From Mobula hypostoma (Eukaryota), in NCBI RefSeq assembly GCF_963921235.1, contig NC_086097.1, forward strand, positions 162,628,001-162,692,000: DNA of 64,000 nt, given 5' to 3'. The position numbers and the translations under genes were made by a program. This document shows positions 12,071 through 24,341 of this stretch, piece after piece (the stretch's first letter is position 1; every line of letters begins with the position of its first letter). The notes beneath the pieces are model-generated. The model made no database searches. It saw only the letters and a list, made by a program, of their open reading frames with translations, and was not told where the DNA came from.

Positions 12071-13117
12071 GGGTGGTGGGACACTGGGGTGTCATCTCAT
12101 CATCGATCAGGGCAGGCAGCTCATCTTCTCCTATGACTGCCTGCCTAGATGTCGAAGGTTGAGGTTCATTGTCTGCTGCAGCTGATGTGGAAGGCTTGCT
12201 TGACTGCTAGCCTTTTGCATTTTTCTATCATACAGTTCTTTGTAAGCACTCAAACCATCCTGCAAATATACCTTAAACCGACGTACCTTTTCAAAATTAA
12301 AGTCGTACTTTATCATTGCAGCGAAAATCTCACGCAGGTACTTCACGTTCAGTTCCTGGATGACTTCACCTTCAGTCTGTTTGCTACTGTATTCGGTTTT
12401 GATTGTTATCCTTCCTCTTCCAGTTACATCAGTTCTTGGTCATGGGATGCCAAAACCTCTTCAACATCACCTTCATCAACTTCCACAAGCCAAACTCACT
12501 TTGTCCTTACTTCGTTCATCACGATCGAAACGCTTAATTATGTCTAGTTTTACGCTAAGCATAACACCCTTACGAGTTCTTTTAGGCTTTTCTGATACTT
12601 TAGAACTCATCTTGCTAACGGCTGCTCTCAGGCACGTGTTTAAGCAATGCCGGCGAGAATACCGTTCCGAATCAGGGGGAGAGCGGCTGCTCGGGGCGCG
12701 CGCGGCCCTTTATCGCATGCTGCTTTTTTTCTCATGGGCTGATATTTCCGCGCGCTGCCTTTTTTGTAACAGTGAAAATACCTTCTGTTAGCAAAAACAG
12801 TTAACTAATGTAGGTCTTTCTTAACAGTGAGGTGTCGTAAAGCGAACGTTCGGAAAACGGGGGCCACCTGTATATGAAGCAAAAAAACTTTGTCAAATAC
12901 AGTGTCTTGACCTACCATATTCTACTTGTTAGAGATCATGTAGACTTTGTGTTTTACTTCCTTTATTTTTTCTTTTCTCAATTCAATCCATGTTTGTCTT
13001 TTTGAATATATCTGAAATGACATTTAATATTCAGTTTTCTTTTCTTTTCTTAAACATTCTCTCTGCTCCTTAAAACAAAATTCCACATTTCATCATTTTT
13101 CGTTGTCTATTTTGCAG

Positions 13118-13131
13118 ATGAAACAATGGCG
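13118..13131 (+). other. Putative 14-nt micro-exon of an unidentified host gene, possibly carrying the start codon
   Basis: 81-nt AG-free pyrimidine-rich tract (13035-13115), then tttgcag|ATGAAACAATGGCG|gtgagt. The inner ATG has Kozak context acaATGG. Lies in repeat-free DNA. Confidence 0.6.
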
Positions 13132-13597
13132 GTGAGTTGTAGAAGCCTTGCTCTTGGGAACTTGAGAGCTCAAAGTCTAAATGCCATCACCTTTGTAGAA
13201 TTTGCACAATTGAATTTCATTGCAAATATCAGCTCAGGAAAGGCTACTTCACATTCAGATAACCTGACCATGTCATTGCTAACCCAAAATGGTAGTGGCT
13301 ATGTCACTGGTGGTGTTACAGAAACTTAATAGAAACATTCTTTGATAAGTCTAATGTTTGTGGAAAATGGTTCAACGTGGCAGATCATGCAATATATGTA
13401 GTCCTATTTCTTCAGAAATGTACATTACTGCATTTTCAACTGCACTTCATTCGATTAATACTTGATTAATACATTTGCTGTTAATTACTAAAGTGTGTTT
13501 ATTTAATATTAAAACTAAGAAGGTGAAGCTCATTATTGAGGTCTGGAGAAGGAAACCAGTAATAATTTCTCTTGCCCCCATCATTGATATGTTCTTC

Positions 13598-13875
13598 TAA
13601 CCTATGGACTCACTTTCAAGGGCTCTTCATTTCATGTTCTCAACATTTATTGCTTATTTATTAATTAATTATTCTTTCTCTTTTGTATTTGCACAGTTTG
13701 TTGTCTTTTGTACCCTGGTTGAACATCCAAGCTGGTGTAGTCTTTCATTGATTATATTATGGTGATTATTCTATTATGGATTTATTGAGTATGCCTGCAA
13801 GAAAATGAATCTCAGGGTTGTACATGATGACATCTGTGTACTTCAATAATACATTTATTTTGAACTTTTGAACTT
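13598..13875 (+). mobile_element. Rex1/Babar-type LINE 3' UTR fragment
   Basis: Clearly homologous to 3727-4005 (aacctatggactcactttcaagg...tgaacttttgaacttt). Confidence 0.75.
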
Positions 13876-14041
13876 TAGCATTTATATTAAACACAAAGTA
13901 ATAGACTAAGTGGTAGGTTTAAATTTAGGGCATTTAGCATATGTTAAGTTGAAAAATTGTGCATTGTATAAGCCAGATTGTGTAACTTAAAGAAAAGATT
14001 TTATAATGCTCAGCATTTCTGGGGTAAAAGTGTATATAATG

Positions 14042-15198
14042 CAGGGGTCCCCAACCTTTTTTGCACTGCGGACCGGTTTCATATTGGCAATAGTCTTGCG
14101 GACCAGCTGACCGGGGTGGGGGGGGGAGGGGTGGTTGCCAACGGACAAGAGTAGCGGTCAAATACGTTGCGTTTACCCACAGAAAGACTACAACGACCGT
14201 GAAGCCTTGCACGGGCACCAGTGCGCATGCGTGACTTGCACGTGCCGATTTTCTTTTACAAATCGTTTTTGGCGATTCTGTTCGGGGGGGCGGGGGGTGG
14301 TTGTTTATCATGACCGGAATATCGGTGATAAGTGGCTAACACACTCAATTTTATTTCTAAAAGGGTTTATCTAATGAATTTAATATTAAACATACAGCGC
14401 ATATTTTCCTCGCATGAATATAGCAATGTCAATTATCAGGGGAGGACAGGGGAGCTTGAAGTAAGTGTTGAATGAACTTCCAGTAGAAGTGGCAGAAACA
14501 GGTTCGATATTATCATTTAAAGTTAAATTGGATAGCTATATGGACAGGAAAGGAATGGAGGGTTATGGGCTGAGTGCAGGTCAGTGGGACGGCACGGACT
14601 AGAAGGGCAGAGATGGCCTGTTTCCGTGCTGTAATTGTTATATGGTTATATAAGTAAGTCAATAGCATCATAACATTTTAAGTATCGTTTGGATATTAAA
14701 CACACAGCACATATTTTCCCCGTATGAACATATAAATTCATTGCAACACACCAATATCGCTGAATCAGTGGGAGTCCTGGGCTTGTTTTCCTGCAACAAG
14801 ACGGTCCCATCGAGGGGTGATGGGAGACAGCGATACTCGAAGGGGGTTCCTCGTGTCCAGTCTATTCCGCAATTTAGTTTTCGTTGCATTCATTGCAGAG
14901 ATATGTTGGAAATGGAAGCAACGATTTCAGTGCTTTTGTGGCTATCTCAGGATATTTAGCCTTGACTTTGATCCAGAATGCCAGCAGAGATGTTATGTCA
15001 AACATACTTTTCAGCCTGCCGTCATTTGCAAGCTCGAGGAGTTGATCTCCTTCCCACGCTGACATGGATGACGCGCGTGTAATGACCTCGCGTGTGTTCA
15101 AGCTCAGCAGTGGGCGTGACAGGGAATGAGGAAAGGTGCAGCTGCTCCTATCGCCAAATCATATCGTTTCCTTGCGGCCCGGTGGTTGGGGACTGCTG
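14042..15198 (-). mobile_element. hAT-Charlie (Charlie3/MER1-like) non-autonomous transposon
   Basis: Perfect 8-bp TSD atataatg (14034-14041, 15199-15206). TIRs caggggtccccaacc / ggttggggactgctg. hAT C-terminal remnant (ORF 14874-15101, FWIKVKAKYPEIATKALKSLLPFPTYLC). Confidence 0.92.
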
Positions 15199-15739
15199 AT
15201 ATAATGCACTGAGTGTTTTTTTTAATATTTTGTCTTTTCAAGGGAGACATTGCAGCACATGTTCTGACTTTATCTTCAGAAATTGTTATGATACACACAG
15301 CAGGATAATACAGTACAGGCAAGAGCAAGGCTGAGGATTAATATTTAACAGGGCACAGAAAACATTTACTCAGCTGTACCTAGGCGCAAATCATTGAGAC
15401 TTACACTGAGAATTTCGAGAACTCTGCACTAAAAGCAGGGGATGCTGGAAATACTGAGCAGATCAGGCAGCATTTGTGGACAGAGAACAAAGTTACTGTT
15501 TCAGATTGCTTACCTTTCAGTGAATGAAGACCACGCAAGAACTGTTTATTATTTAAACACAGGAGCAGCCAAGCCCAATAAGAATGCACCTTGAAAGTGT
15601 GTAATGAGGTGATTGTGATACTTGCTGTGAATTAAAATTGGGGATCAGCTTGTTGACAGCAGAAGGTCTGGAAAGGTTCAGATATCTGAGGGGGAAGGTT
15701 CAGACTCCTTTGAACTCTTGAGGAAGCTGCAAGTGAAAT

Positions 15740-16695
15740 GGACTGTGGTAAACCCAGTGACTTAGCATCTATGAAACTTTTAAAAAGCTCTTGTTAAAAG
15801 TTCTGCATTACAGGTTATTAATTAAATCTGTGGGAACTGGATAAGAATCGGTCTGGGTGGTTATTGTGACCAAGTTGGTAGCAGTACTGATCTGAATGTC
15901 AAGGCCTGATGTTGGGATTGTTGTTATTTTATTTCTTTAGAGCTCAACTGGATTTGTAACCTTGGTGCTTGCTGCTCAGATATACACTACAAACGACGAA
16001 GGTCAAGTAGAAAGAGTAGAACCAGCTCAAATTGAAATAGAGAAAGTATTCAAATAGAGGTTGATAGCAGATGAAATTTAATCTCGGGCAATGTAAAGTG
16101 CTGCATTTAAGAAGGATAGAATGTGACTGAAATAACCATGGACGAAACATAAGTACATCCAGGTGACTCTGTACACTCAATGAGAAACATCTGAAACTAA
16201 TGCAGTGCAGCAGTAAACAATGAAATAGTGAACCATGTAGAATATAATTCACCAAAGATTGTGATCTCACTTTCTAGCTCCCTAATCACACAGTCCTTGA
16301 AAATACATCTATTCCTAGGGCAGAGAAGAGTGAGACATTTAAAAGCTTGAATCACTGTAGAGTCTAAACAAAGGATTAATCCCAAGAAGCTCTTACCTCA
16401 GTTCCTGTGAAAGAATGTAGAAAAGTATTTTTTTTCAGCCTGGCAGTGAAGTAGCTAAGAGTTGAATGTATAGATATGGAACATTACTAAATGTTTAACA
16501 GGCACACGGAACATGCTACTGGGGCAGTGGGAGCAGCAGATGCAGTTGGAACATTTAAAAGATTCTTAGATAGGCTCATGGATGAAAATAACAATGGATT
16601 GTTATGTGGGAGGGTTGTATTAGGTTGATCTTGAAATAGGTTAAAAGGTTGATACAACATCGTGGGCCAAATGGCTGAACTATTCCATATTCTAA
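15740..16695 (+). mobile_element. Old, highly degenerate CR1-like LINE
   Basis: cagatgaaatttaatctcgggcaatgtaaagtgctgcattt (Q.KFN..KC.VLH) and a CR1-type tail at 16500-16690. Confidence 0.6.
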
Positions 16696-17015
16696 GTTTA
16701 AAGTAGAATATAACTTTAAACTGTGGGGCCTTTATTCAATTTACAGGGTGTAGGGGTCAATGACAAGGCTGGAATATGGTGACTATCCTTACCTAACTTG
16801 GAAAGGGCGAGCCACCCTTTTTGATCTGTTTAACAGTCCCACAAGATAGGGAGCTCCAAGACTGAAAGCCAGTGGAGATGGAGTGATGATATGTTTCCAG
16901 TTTAGAATGGAAACTGAAGGTGGGGATATTTCTATGAACTCAAGTACCATTGTATTCCTTGGAAGCTGAGCTGTAGGCATGGAGATGCTGTTAGCGAAGG
17001 TGAGAAGAATAAATT

Positions 17016-17220
17016 GGACAGCCCAGTAGTGTCGTGGTTAGCATTTTACTATTGGGGCACCAGTGATCCAGGTTCAATTCTTCGGTTGTATGTAAGGAGC
17101 TTGTACGTGCACTGCATGGGATTCCTCTGGGTGCTCCAGTTTCCTCCTACATTCCAAGGACGTATGGGTTAGCAGGTAGTCACCTAGGGTCTTGTTGGGC
17201 CAGAAGGGCCTGTTATCTCC
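17016..17220 (+). mobile_element. tRNA-derived V-SINE (HE1-like)
   Basis: A-box-like tagtgtcgtgg, B-box ggttcaattc (17071-17080), V-domain gggattcctctgggtgctccagtttcctcctacattccaaggacgt, CR1-like tail gggccagaagggcctgtt. Confidence 0.8.
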
Positions 17221-17913
17221 ATCTTCCCAGTATAGTTACAGGGAGGAATTTAAAATCTTACCAATGGTACCAAAATGGATTAGAAGAACTTCATTGTCGG
17301 TTATTGACTACTGGTGGATACAGTGGAATAGATAAGCACCTTGTGCAGATCATGACATGTAGTGTGGTTCATTTGACACATAGTGAGTATAACACAACAA
17401 GGAACCTGTGTCTACAGAAGCCAGGCAGGAGGTTGGGAACTACAGCTCAGGATGTGTGACCGAGGAATGACTCGAGTTTGCTAAGGATTCTGTGCCAGTT
17501 AATTATCCCAATTGTACTACCTGCAATTCCCTCCTTGACTCGTGTAAAAAGGTTAAGAAAACATAAATAATGTTCTTTATTTTCTGTTGATTGATGTTCC
17601 CTGACTACTGTCCAAACATCCCTTTCTTTCTATCTTTATCACATTATTTGAGTCCTTAATCAGATGAACTTAAGATCTGACACGAAAGATGGAATGAACC
17701 AATACTCCAGAGGCAGCTGCATAGTGACTAATTACTTGGGTATATTTGGAAGCACATAGCTGAACTATTCTTGAATTTATTTCTGTTCAACTGCTTAAAA
17801 CCCCTGCTACTAACAAAATACGGGTGCCTATCATTTGTTATCATTTAGAATATTGGGACATCTGTCATTCCTTGCTGTATTGAGAAAGTATTTCTTGGAG
17901 AATGGCTTATATG

Positions 17914-19035
17914 TCAAAGTACTGTGGTGGTTTTGCACTGTACTGCTGCAGAAAGAGAATCAAATTTCATTACATACGTGAGTGATGATAAACCTGATTC
18001 TGATGTGGGTCTGTATTGTGGACTGAGAGTGGGAAGGGGACAGGGAGAGGAGAATCCTGGTTGGGAAATGGGGAAGAGGAAGTGGATGGAGCGGGATGCA
18101 CCAGAGAGATAGTATGTAATGATTGACAAACCAGTTGTTAGGAATCAAATGACCTCGCCTGGTGTCTTAGGGCTGGTTGTGTCTGCAGCCTTGCCATTCT
18201 GCACACCAGCATTCCTTCACTGCCACCTGTCCCACACCCCGCTCGCGATTCCAACATTCTTTGCTCCCGTCGGATTTACAAACTCACTCTCCACGGCACG
18301 TTGGCAAACACAAAACCGTGCAAAAGCCTTAAGCACCGTATATATATATATATCTAAGACTTTTTCCAGAATCTGAATCTGATTTTAATATCATTGGCAT
18401 ATGTCATGAAATTTATTAACCTTTCAGCAGCAGTACAATGAAGTACATGATAAATGTGGAGAAAAAAACTGTTACATTCAGTATATATGTCTATTAAATA
18501 GTTATGTTAAAAAGGTAGTTCAAAAAACAGAAATTAAAAATAAGTAGTGAGAGCGTTCATGGGTTCATTGTCCATTTAGAAATTGAATGGCAGAGGGCAA
18601 GAAGCTGTTCCTGAATTGCTGAGTATGTGCCTTAAGGCTTCAGTACTTCATTCCCGACAGAAACCGTGTGAAGAGGGCATGTCCTGGGTGGTGGGGGTCC
18701 TTAATGATGGACACCACCTTCTTCAGGCGTTGCCTCCTTGAAGGTACTCCTTGGTAGCTCCTTGGGTACCGAGGCTAGTACCCAAGATGGAACTGACTAA
18801 TTTTACAAGTTTCTACAACTTATTTTGATCTTGTGCAGTAGCCCCACCCTCCTCAATACCAGACGGTGATGCAGCCAGTTAGAATGCTCTCCATTATGCA
18901 GTTGTAGAAATTTTTGAGGGTTTTAGCTGACAAACCAAATCTCCTCTAACTGTCTTGCCTCCTTTAAAGCTGTGTCAATATGTTGTGACCACGTTAGGTT
19001 CTCAGAGATATTGACCCCCAGGAAATTGCTCACTT
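17914..19035. mobile_element. Cluster of Rex1/Babar-type LINE fragments (+ tail near 17914-18010; - strand 18370-19035)
   Basis: Tail tgatgataaacctgattctgat. The minus part is homologous to 28655-29340 (gaagagggcatgtcctgggtggtgggggtccttaatgatgg; cagacggtgatgcagccagttagaatgctctcca). Confidence 0.75.
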
Positions 19036-19848
19036 TTTGCACAGTACTGTATTTTTGTTTACTTTTGTTAAGATTAGGTTTTTGTCTCTCTTTATTGAAA
19101 TATTACAAGTGACTGGTAGCTCTCGATTTCTCCCAGTCTTGCATTGCATGGATACATTTATAGCTGTATTCTTGTGCAGACTGATTTTCATGCAGTTTCT
19201 AAAGGAGCAATTTAATACAACCTATTGCTGTGGAATTGCAATATGATGAAGTAATAAGTAATTCCTTCTGACTACTAGATCCCAGATGAGTTTTTGCTAA
19301 ATAGTACCCACCCAATGAGGATTGTTTCCTCATGGTTGTGTGTGGACTTTCTCCAACATAAATTCTGAATGCATTTAACCTGGCCATCAGTGTTTAGTTA
19401 CACTTAAGTTAAATGTTCATTCATTGTGCCTGTTCTGTGATTATTTGGATATGAATATCTAGCTCCAAAAACCAGTTATTTTCTCCAGCACTTGTGATGA
19501 GTTCTGTTCTGGGCAGAACATCGGCAAACATGTTAATATCTTTGGGTGACCACAGAATGGGGGTGTTTCAGTTTGGAATGGAGGTGCTGGGGAATGAGTG
19601 CTCCTGTTTGCAACAGAGTGGTTGGGAAATATTTAAAATTTTATGACAAATCTAGTCGAAGCAGATAGAAAAATATTACTCCCATTGGTAGGTGGGTCAA
19701 GAAACAGATGAAATGGAATGCTCATTGTTGGCAAGAGAACAAAGAGAAAATATTTTTTGATGTCTGAAGCAGTTTGGATGCTGGAGTACTCTACCAAGGT
19801 AGGCATTGGAGGTGGGTTCAATTCTGGCATTCCAAGGATAATTTGATA

Positions 19849-21348
19849 CAGTGCCTTGTACTGTAAAAGTATTCAGCCCGATGCCCTTTATCACATAAGT
19901 GAATTGAATTGACTTTACTTCTTACATCCTTCACATACATGAGGAGTAGAAGTCTTTACGTTACTTCTCCGTCTAAATGTGCAATCAAAGTAGTATATAA
20001 TAATTTATAATAAATAGAACAGTCAGTGTAACATAGAAATACACTCAAATCAGTGTGAGTTAATCACTCTGATAGCCTGGTGGAAATGAGTATTATAACC
20101 AGGGATTTTGATCAATTTAACTGAGAATTTTTATTTGTGAATCACATGCTCCTTTTTTTCAAAGTAGAGAGCCCAAAAACAGAGAAAATTGTAAAGCAAG
20201 AAAAACTAAAAGTTCAAAACCTGAAATGTCAACAGTTCCAAAAGTATTCCCCTTTGCTCAGTATTTAGTTGAACCGCCTCTCTTTACCATTACCGTCACT
20301 AGACTTTTTGGATATGTCTCTATTGGCTTTGTGCAATGTGATAGAGCAAGATATGCCATTCCTCCTTGCAAAATTGCTCAAGCTGTGCCAGGTTAGTTGG
20401 AAAGCAGCAGTGGAAGCATTTTTGAGGTTTTTCCAGAGATGTTCGAATGGGTTAAGGTCAGGACTTTGGCTAGGCCACTCAAGGGCATCAATTTTTTTCA
20501 TTTGAAGCCATGCCATGGTTGCTCTGGCAGTGTGCTTAGGGTCATTGTCATGCTGAAAAATGACCTTCCTCCCCAGTTTAAGCTTTCTGGCAGAGACTGG
20601 CAGGTTTTTATTTCACATCTCTCTGTATTTAGCAGCATTCACTTTCACATCAATCCTGACCAGATTTCCGGTCTCTGCTGCTGGAAAGCATCCCCATAGC
20701 ATGATGCTACCTCCACCATATTGTACAGAAGGAATAGTGTTTCCTGGCTGATTCACAGTATTAGATTTATGCCATACATACCACTTAGTGTTGAGGCCTG
20801 AAATTTTGACTTTAGTCTCCTCCAACCACAAGACCTTCTTCAATATCTTTATAATATTTCTAAGTGACGCTTTGCAAAATCTTTATGCCTTTGAAATAGT
20901 CTTGTACCCTTCTCCAGATTGGTCCTTCACTATAATCATTTCCCTGACTTGTCCTGAATGCTCTTTTGTCTTCATTTTGATTTGATCTGTTGAAAATATA
21001 CCATGCTATTGGACCTTGTAGGGGAATGGTATTTATTCTTACGAGTTAATTGAAAGCAGGTGACCCTCCAATTTTCTACGTCAGAAAATTGGGTGAATTG
21101 GTAAGGTAATATATTGTATTGCGTTTGAAGAAAATTAGTGCAATAGTTACAAAGGGGATGAACACTTTTTCAGCCTCGACATTTTGTTTTTTTAATTTTT
21201 AATACATTGTTGACATGTCTTGGAATTTTTCTTTTGATTTGACATGATGCACAATGTTTTGTAGATTAGTTCAAAAAATCCTACTTAAATATAAGTTTAG
21301 TAAGATGTGCAGATAGTTGTGGTCGCTGAATACTTATTCAAAGCTCTG
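19849..21348 (-). mobile_element. Tc1-like transposon, decayed; contains a LINE-tail insertion at about 19900-20085
   Basis: TA-flanked ends cagtgcct..aaagtattcagc / gctgaatactt..gctctg. ORF 20613-20843 (VLW.EETK..VQYGGGSIMLWGCF) and ORF 20265-20516 ([16 protein letters not shown]). Splits an older LINE tail. Confidence 0.9.
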
Positions 21349-21858
21349 TAAATACTTGACGGAAAGAGTTTCAGAGCCACAGGAAGAAGATGTGGGAGTG
21401 GAACTGGCTGGATTTCTCTTTCATAGAATGAGCATGGTCTTGGGCTCAATATCTTCCTTTATGATGAAACTGTTCTAAACCTCTGTGAATTTTCTCCATG
21501 AAATTTTTTTTATTTCGTTCTGGATGCAATAAAAGATCTTGGGGAAGAAATGTTCTGAAAGCATTTTTATAAGTGACATGATAAACATAATTCTATTTTC
21601 TCTGTGAAATTCTCCATTTACTCTTCCAGCTGTAGCTACATCATACTTGTTCCTTTGCTCCAAGTGTAAATTTGAAAAATGTAGCTTTTGTAATTCTGCT
21701 GAACAATTGCTTGATTTCAATGGCTTCAAATTGCTTGATTTTATTTACTACTTACTGCTAACTAATAATTTGATAATTGCTAAGCAAAGTTTTTCAGAAA
21801 TCATGAGCAGTTTAATGGTTATTTTCAACAAATGCTTGTGAATAATACAGTCCTAGTA

Positions 21859-22572
21859 TAGGTTCAGTACCCCTTATCTGACATTCCAAAAACCTCTGAA
21901 ATACAGAAATTTGAGCACTGACGTGACATCGCAAATGGAAAATTCCACAAGGTGCTGGGAAGGCAGTGTGCAAGTCTCTGCACAACACAGACTGTTCTTT
22001 GAAGTGACCTCACATATGTAATGAACAGAAGTTAATGAAAAATAGAAAAACACTGCATACAGTGAAGAATAATCTCAATTGTGTATGGAAAGAATGGATT
22101 AGTCAGTGTTGGAGTAAACCTGTGCCATTTAACAGTATGCTGATCATGAAACAAGCAAAGGTCTATCATGACAAATTGAAAATTGAAGGTAATTGCTTCT
22201 TGCCAAAATTATTAAAAATATTAAGTAAAAACTATCCCCCTCCAATCATAGTTGCTATGGAACGGGTGGCTGTTGGAAATTGATGGGAGTTATGAAGCCA
22301 ATTGCAGTGCTGGTACTCGCTAATAGATGTGGTCATTCACCTCTGACAGAATGTGTAAGACCCAACTCCATCACATCAGACTGTGCTCCACTGCAGATTT
22401 TTCACTCTGTCAGCCTTGCACCAGCTTTACATAAGCTGTACATGTAATGTAAATGAATTTTGTATTTAGACCTGGGTCCCATCCCTAAGGTACTGTATTT
22501 CATATTCCAAAATCCGAAAAATTCCAAAACCCTTCTGGTTCCAAGCATTTCAGATGAGGGATGCTCAGTCGG
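21859..22572 (+). mobile_element. Tigger4/Zombi-like deleted DNA transposon
   Basis: TA-flanked degenerate TIRs taggttcagtaccccttatc / gatgagggatgctcagtcgg. ORF 22035-22283 MKNRKTLH..KEWISQ..MLIMKQAKVYHDKLKIEGNC resembles the recalled Tigger4 transposase HTH. Confidence 0.8.
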
Positions 22573-22754
22573 TAATAACAAATTTGTATATTATTTTAGT
22601 TGAAGTTGAATAATGGTGTATGGAACATAAGTTTCACATTAAATCTCATGTTTAAATCTCAGACAGGAAATGGACTACTGAATGGACGACTTCAGCAATG
22701 CTTATCAGAGCTATCTATTCCAGACAATCTCTCCAATGTCTTTCGGCTTTGGAA

Positions 22755-23400
22755 ATTATTTATTCAAGATTGTTTAATGTAATTTCCAGTACACAAATGT
22801 AAAGGAGAACAAAGTAATTGTTACTCAGGATCTCATGCAGTGCAAAAAAACCCCACTTAAGATAAAGAACACAGTAGTAATAATAAGGGAGCTTCTAAAA
22901 TGGATTGAATGTCTGTAAAGTGACACTAGGCACAGGAGTGTCTGTACATAATTTGACTGACAGGAAATGGTAAAGTAGTAGTGGTGGGGTGGGTTAGTGG
23001 GTGGAGGAGTTGATCAGCCTTTCTGCTTGGATGAAGTAACTATTTTTGCGAGTGGTGGTCCTGGCATGGATGCTACGTAGCCTCCTCCCTGATAGGATGT
23101 ACAGTCCATGAGAGGGGTGGGGAGGCTCCTTCATGATGTTACTTGCCCTTTTCTGGCACTTCCTGTATATATGTCCTTGATGCTGGGTAAGTGGGTGCTG
23201 GCGATGCGTTGGGCAGTTTTGACTACCTGTTGTAGAGCCTTCCGGTCCACTGCAGAGCAGCTTCCATACCAAGCAGTGATGCAGCTGTTTAGGATGCTCT
23301 CTACTGTGCATCTGTAGAATGACTTGAGTATTGGTGTGCCCAGTCCAGTTCTCTTCTGCCTCCTCAAAGCATAGGTGTTGGTAAGCTTTCTTGATTGTGT
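22755..23400 (-). mobile_element. Rex1/Babar-type LINE 3' region
   Basis: ORF 23131-23367 FYRCTVESILNSCITAWYGSCSAVDRKALQQVVKTAQRI (DUF1891-like); C-terminus SGRRLRSIHARTT..NSYF.QAERLIN. Confidence 0.88.
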
Positions 23401-24200
23401 CTGATTGTATCAGATATGATTTAGATCAGTGACTAGGTTTGGGTGGCTTTGGATGAGTTGCTGGCTAAGAAAGTATTGCTAAGTGATGTTGCACTCCAAA
23501 AAAAAAATACAGCTACTGCAGGAGGTAATATAAGTTTTTATTTGTGGAGCTTAATTTTATTGAGCTGGGTTAACTATTTTTTTTGATTTTTCTCATTGAC
23601 AATGCTATTCCGAACCAGAGGGGAAAAGATTGATGATTTCAAACTCAATAAAGCTTGTTGACTGCTCTGCTGGAGGTGCCTGAAATCCATTTCTTTGGGT
23701 ATGCATTTGAAGGTATTTTCACCCAGGGAGCTGTTAATTTTTGAAGCTTTCTACCAAAGAGGGTCAGTCACTGAGAATGTTTAAGACTCAGAATGACAGA
23801 TTTTTGGATATGAAGGGAATCCAGGGATGTAGGTTTGCTTAAAATCGTAGCAAAAAATAAACTGCTAGATGAACTCAATGGGTCAAGTGGTACCTGTGAA
23901 GGTGGAGAAATGGCCACCTTTCCAAGTCAAGAGTTACTAGGATCAAACTTCAACTTCAAGAGCTAAATTGCATGCATAAATTATATCAGCTGTGGATGTG
24001 GTTCCTTGATTCCATTGAAGTTTTCGGGGTATTATAGTTAATGGATATGATATACCTGGTTGAGGGGGAGGAGATGGTCTAGAACTGGGGCTTAGGATTG
24101 AAGTTAGGAAATTCTTCTGAATGCAGAGGGTGTTTGAAGCATTGACAAATCTTTGCCAAAAATCTGTTGATAGGTCAATTATTAATTTTATTCAGAGATT

Positions 24201-24341
24201 CAGAGAGTCCTGACGAAGGGTCTCGGCCCGAAACGTCAACTATACCTCTTCCTATAGATGCTGCCTGGCCTGCTGTGTTCCACTAGCATTTTGTGTGTGT
24301 TGCTTGAATTTCCAGTATCTGCAGATTTCCTCGTGTTTACC
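24201..24341 (+). mobile_element. Solo Penelope-like pseudo-LTR with 13-bp TSD
   Basis: TSD ttattcagagatt at 24188-24200 and 24342-24354. Same sequence as the termini of the GIY-YIG elements at 47040-47750 and 58085-59098. Confidence 0.85.
24206..24241 (+). ncRNA. Minimal type I hammerhead ribozyme motif
   Basis: agtc CTGACGA a ggg-tctcgg-ccc GAAA cgTC^ aact. Core intact, 3-bp helix II, palindromic ACGU helix III; helix I has one mismatch next to the cleavage site. Confidence 0.7.

Larger units (their letters stand above)
11225..12870 (-). mobile_element. Tigger/pogo-family internally deleted DNA transposon, copy 1
   Basis: TA-flanked TIRs caggtttcccccg / cgggggccacctg. Transposase start MSSKVSEKPKRTRKGV at 12610 is fused near 12501 to C-terminal remnants (EVDEGDVEEVLASHDQEL; ORF 12131-12346). 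No DDE domain. Confidence 0.9.

Noticed and set aside
12149..12791. 132- and 143-aa + strand ORFs
   Set aside because: Antisense to Tigger transposase remnants.
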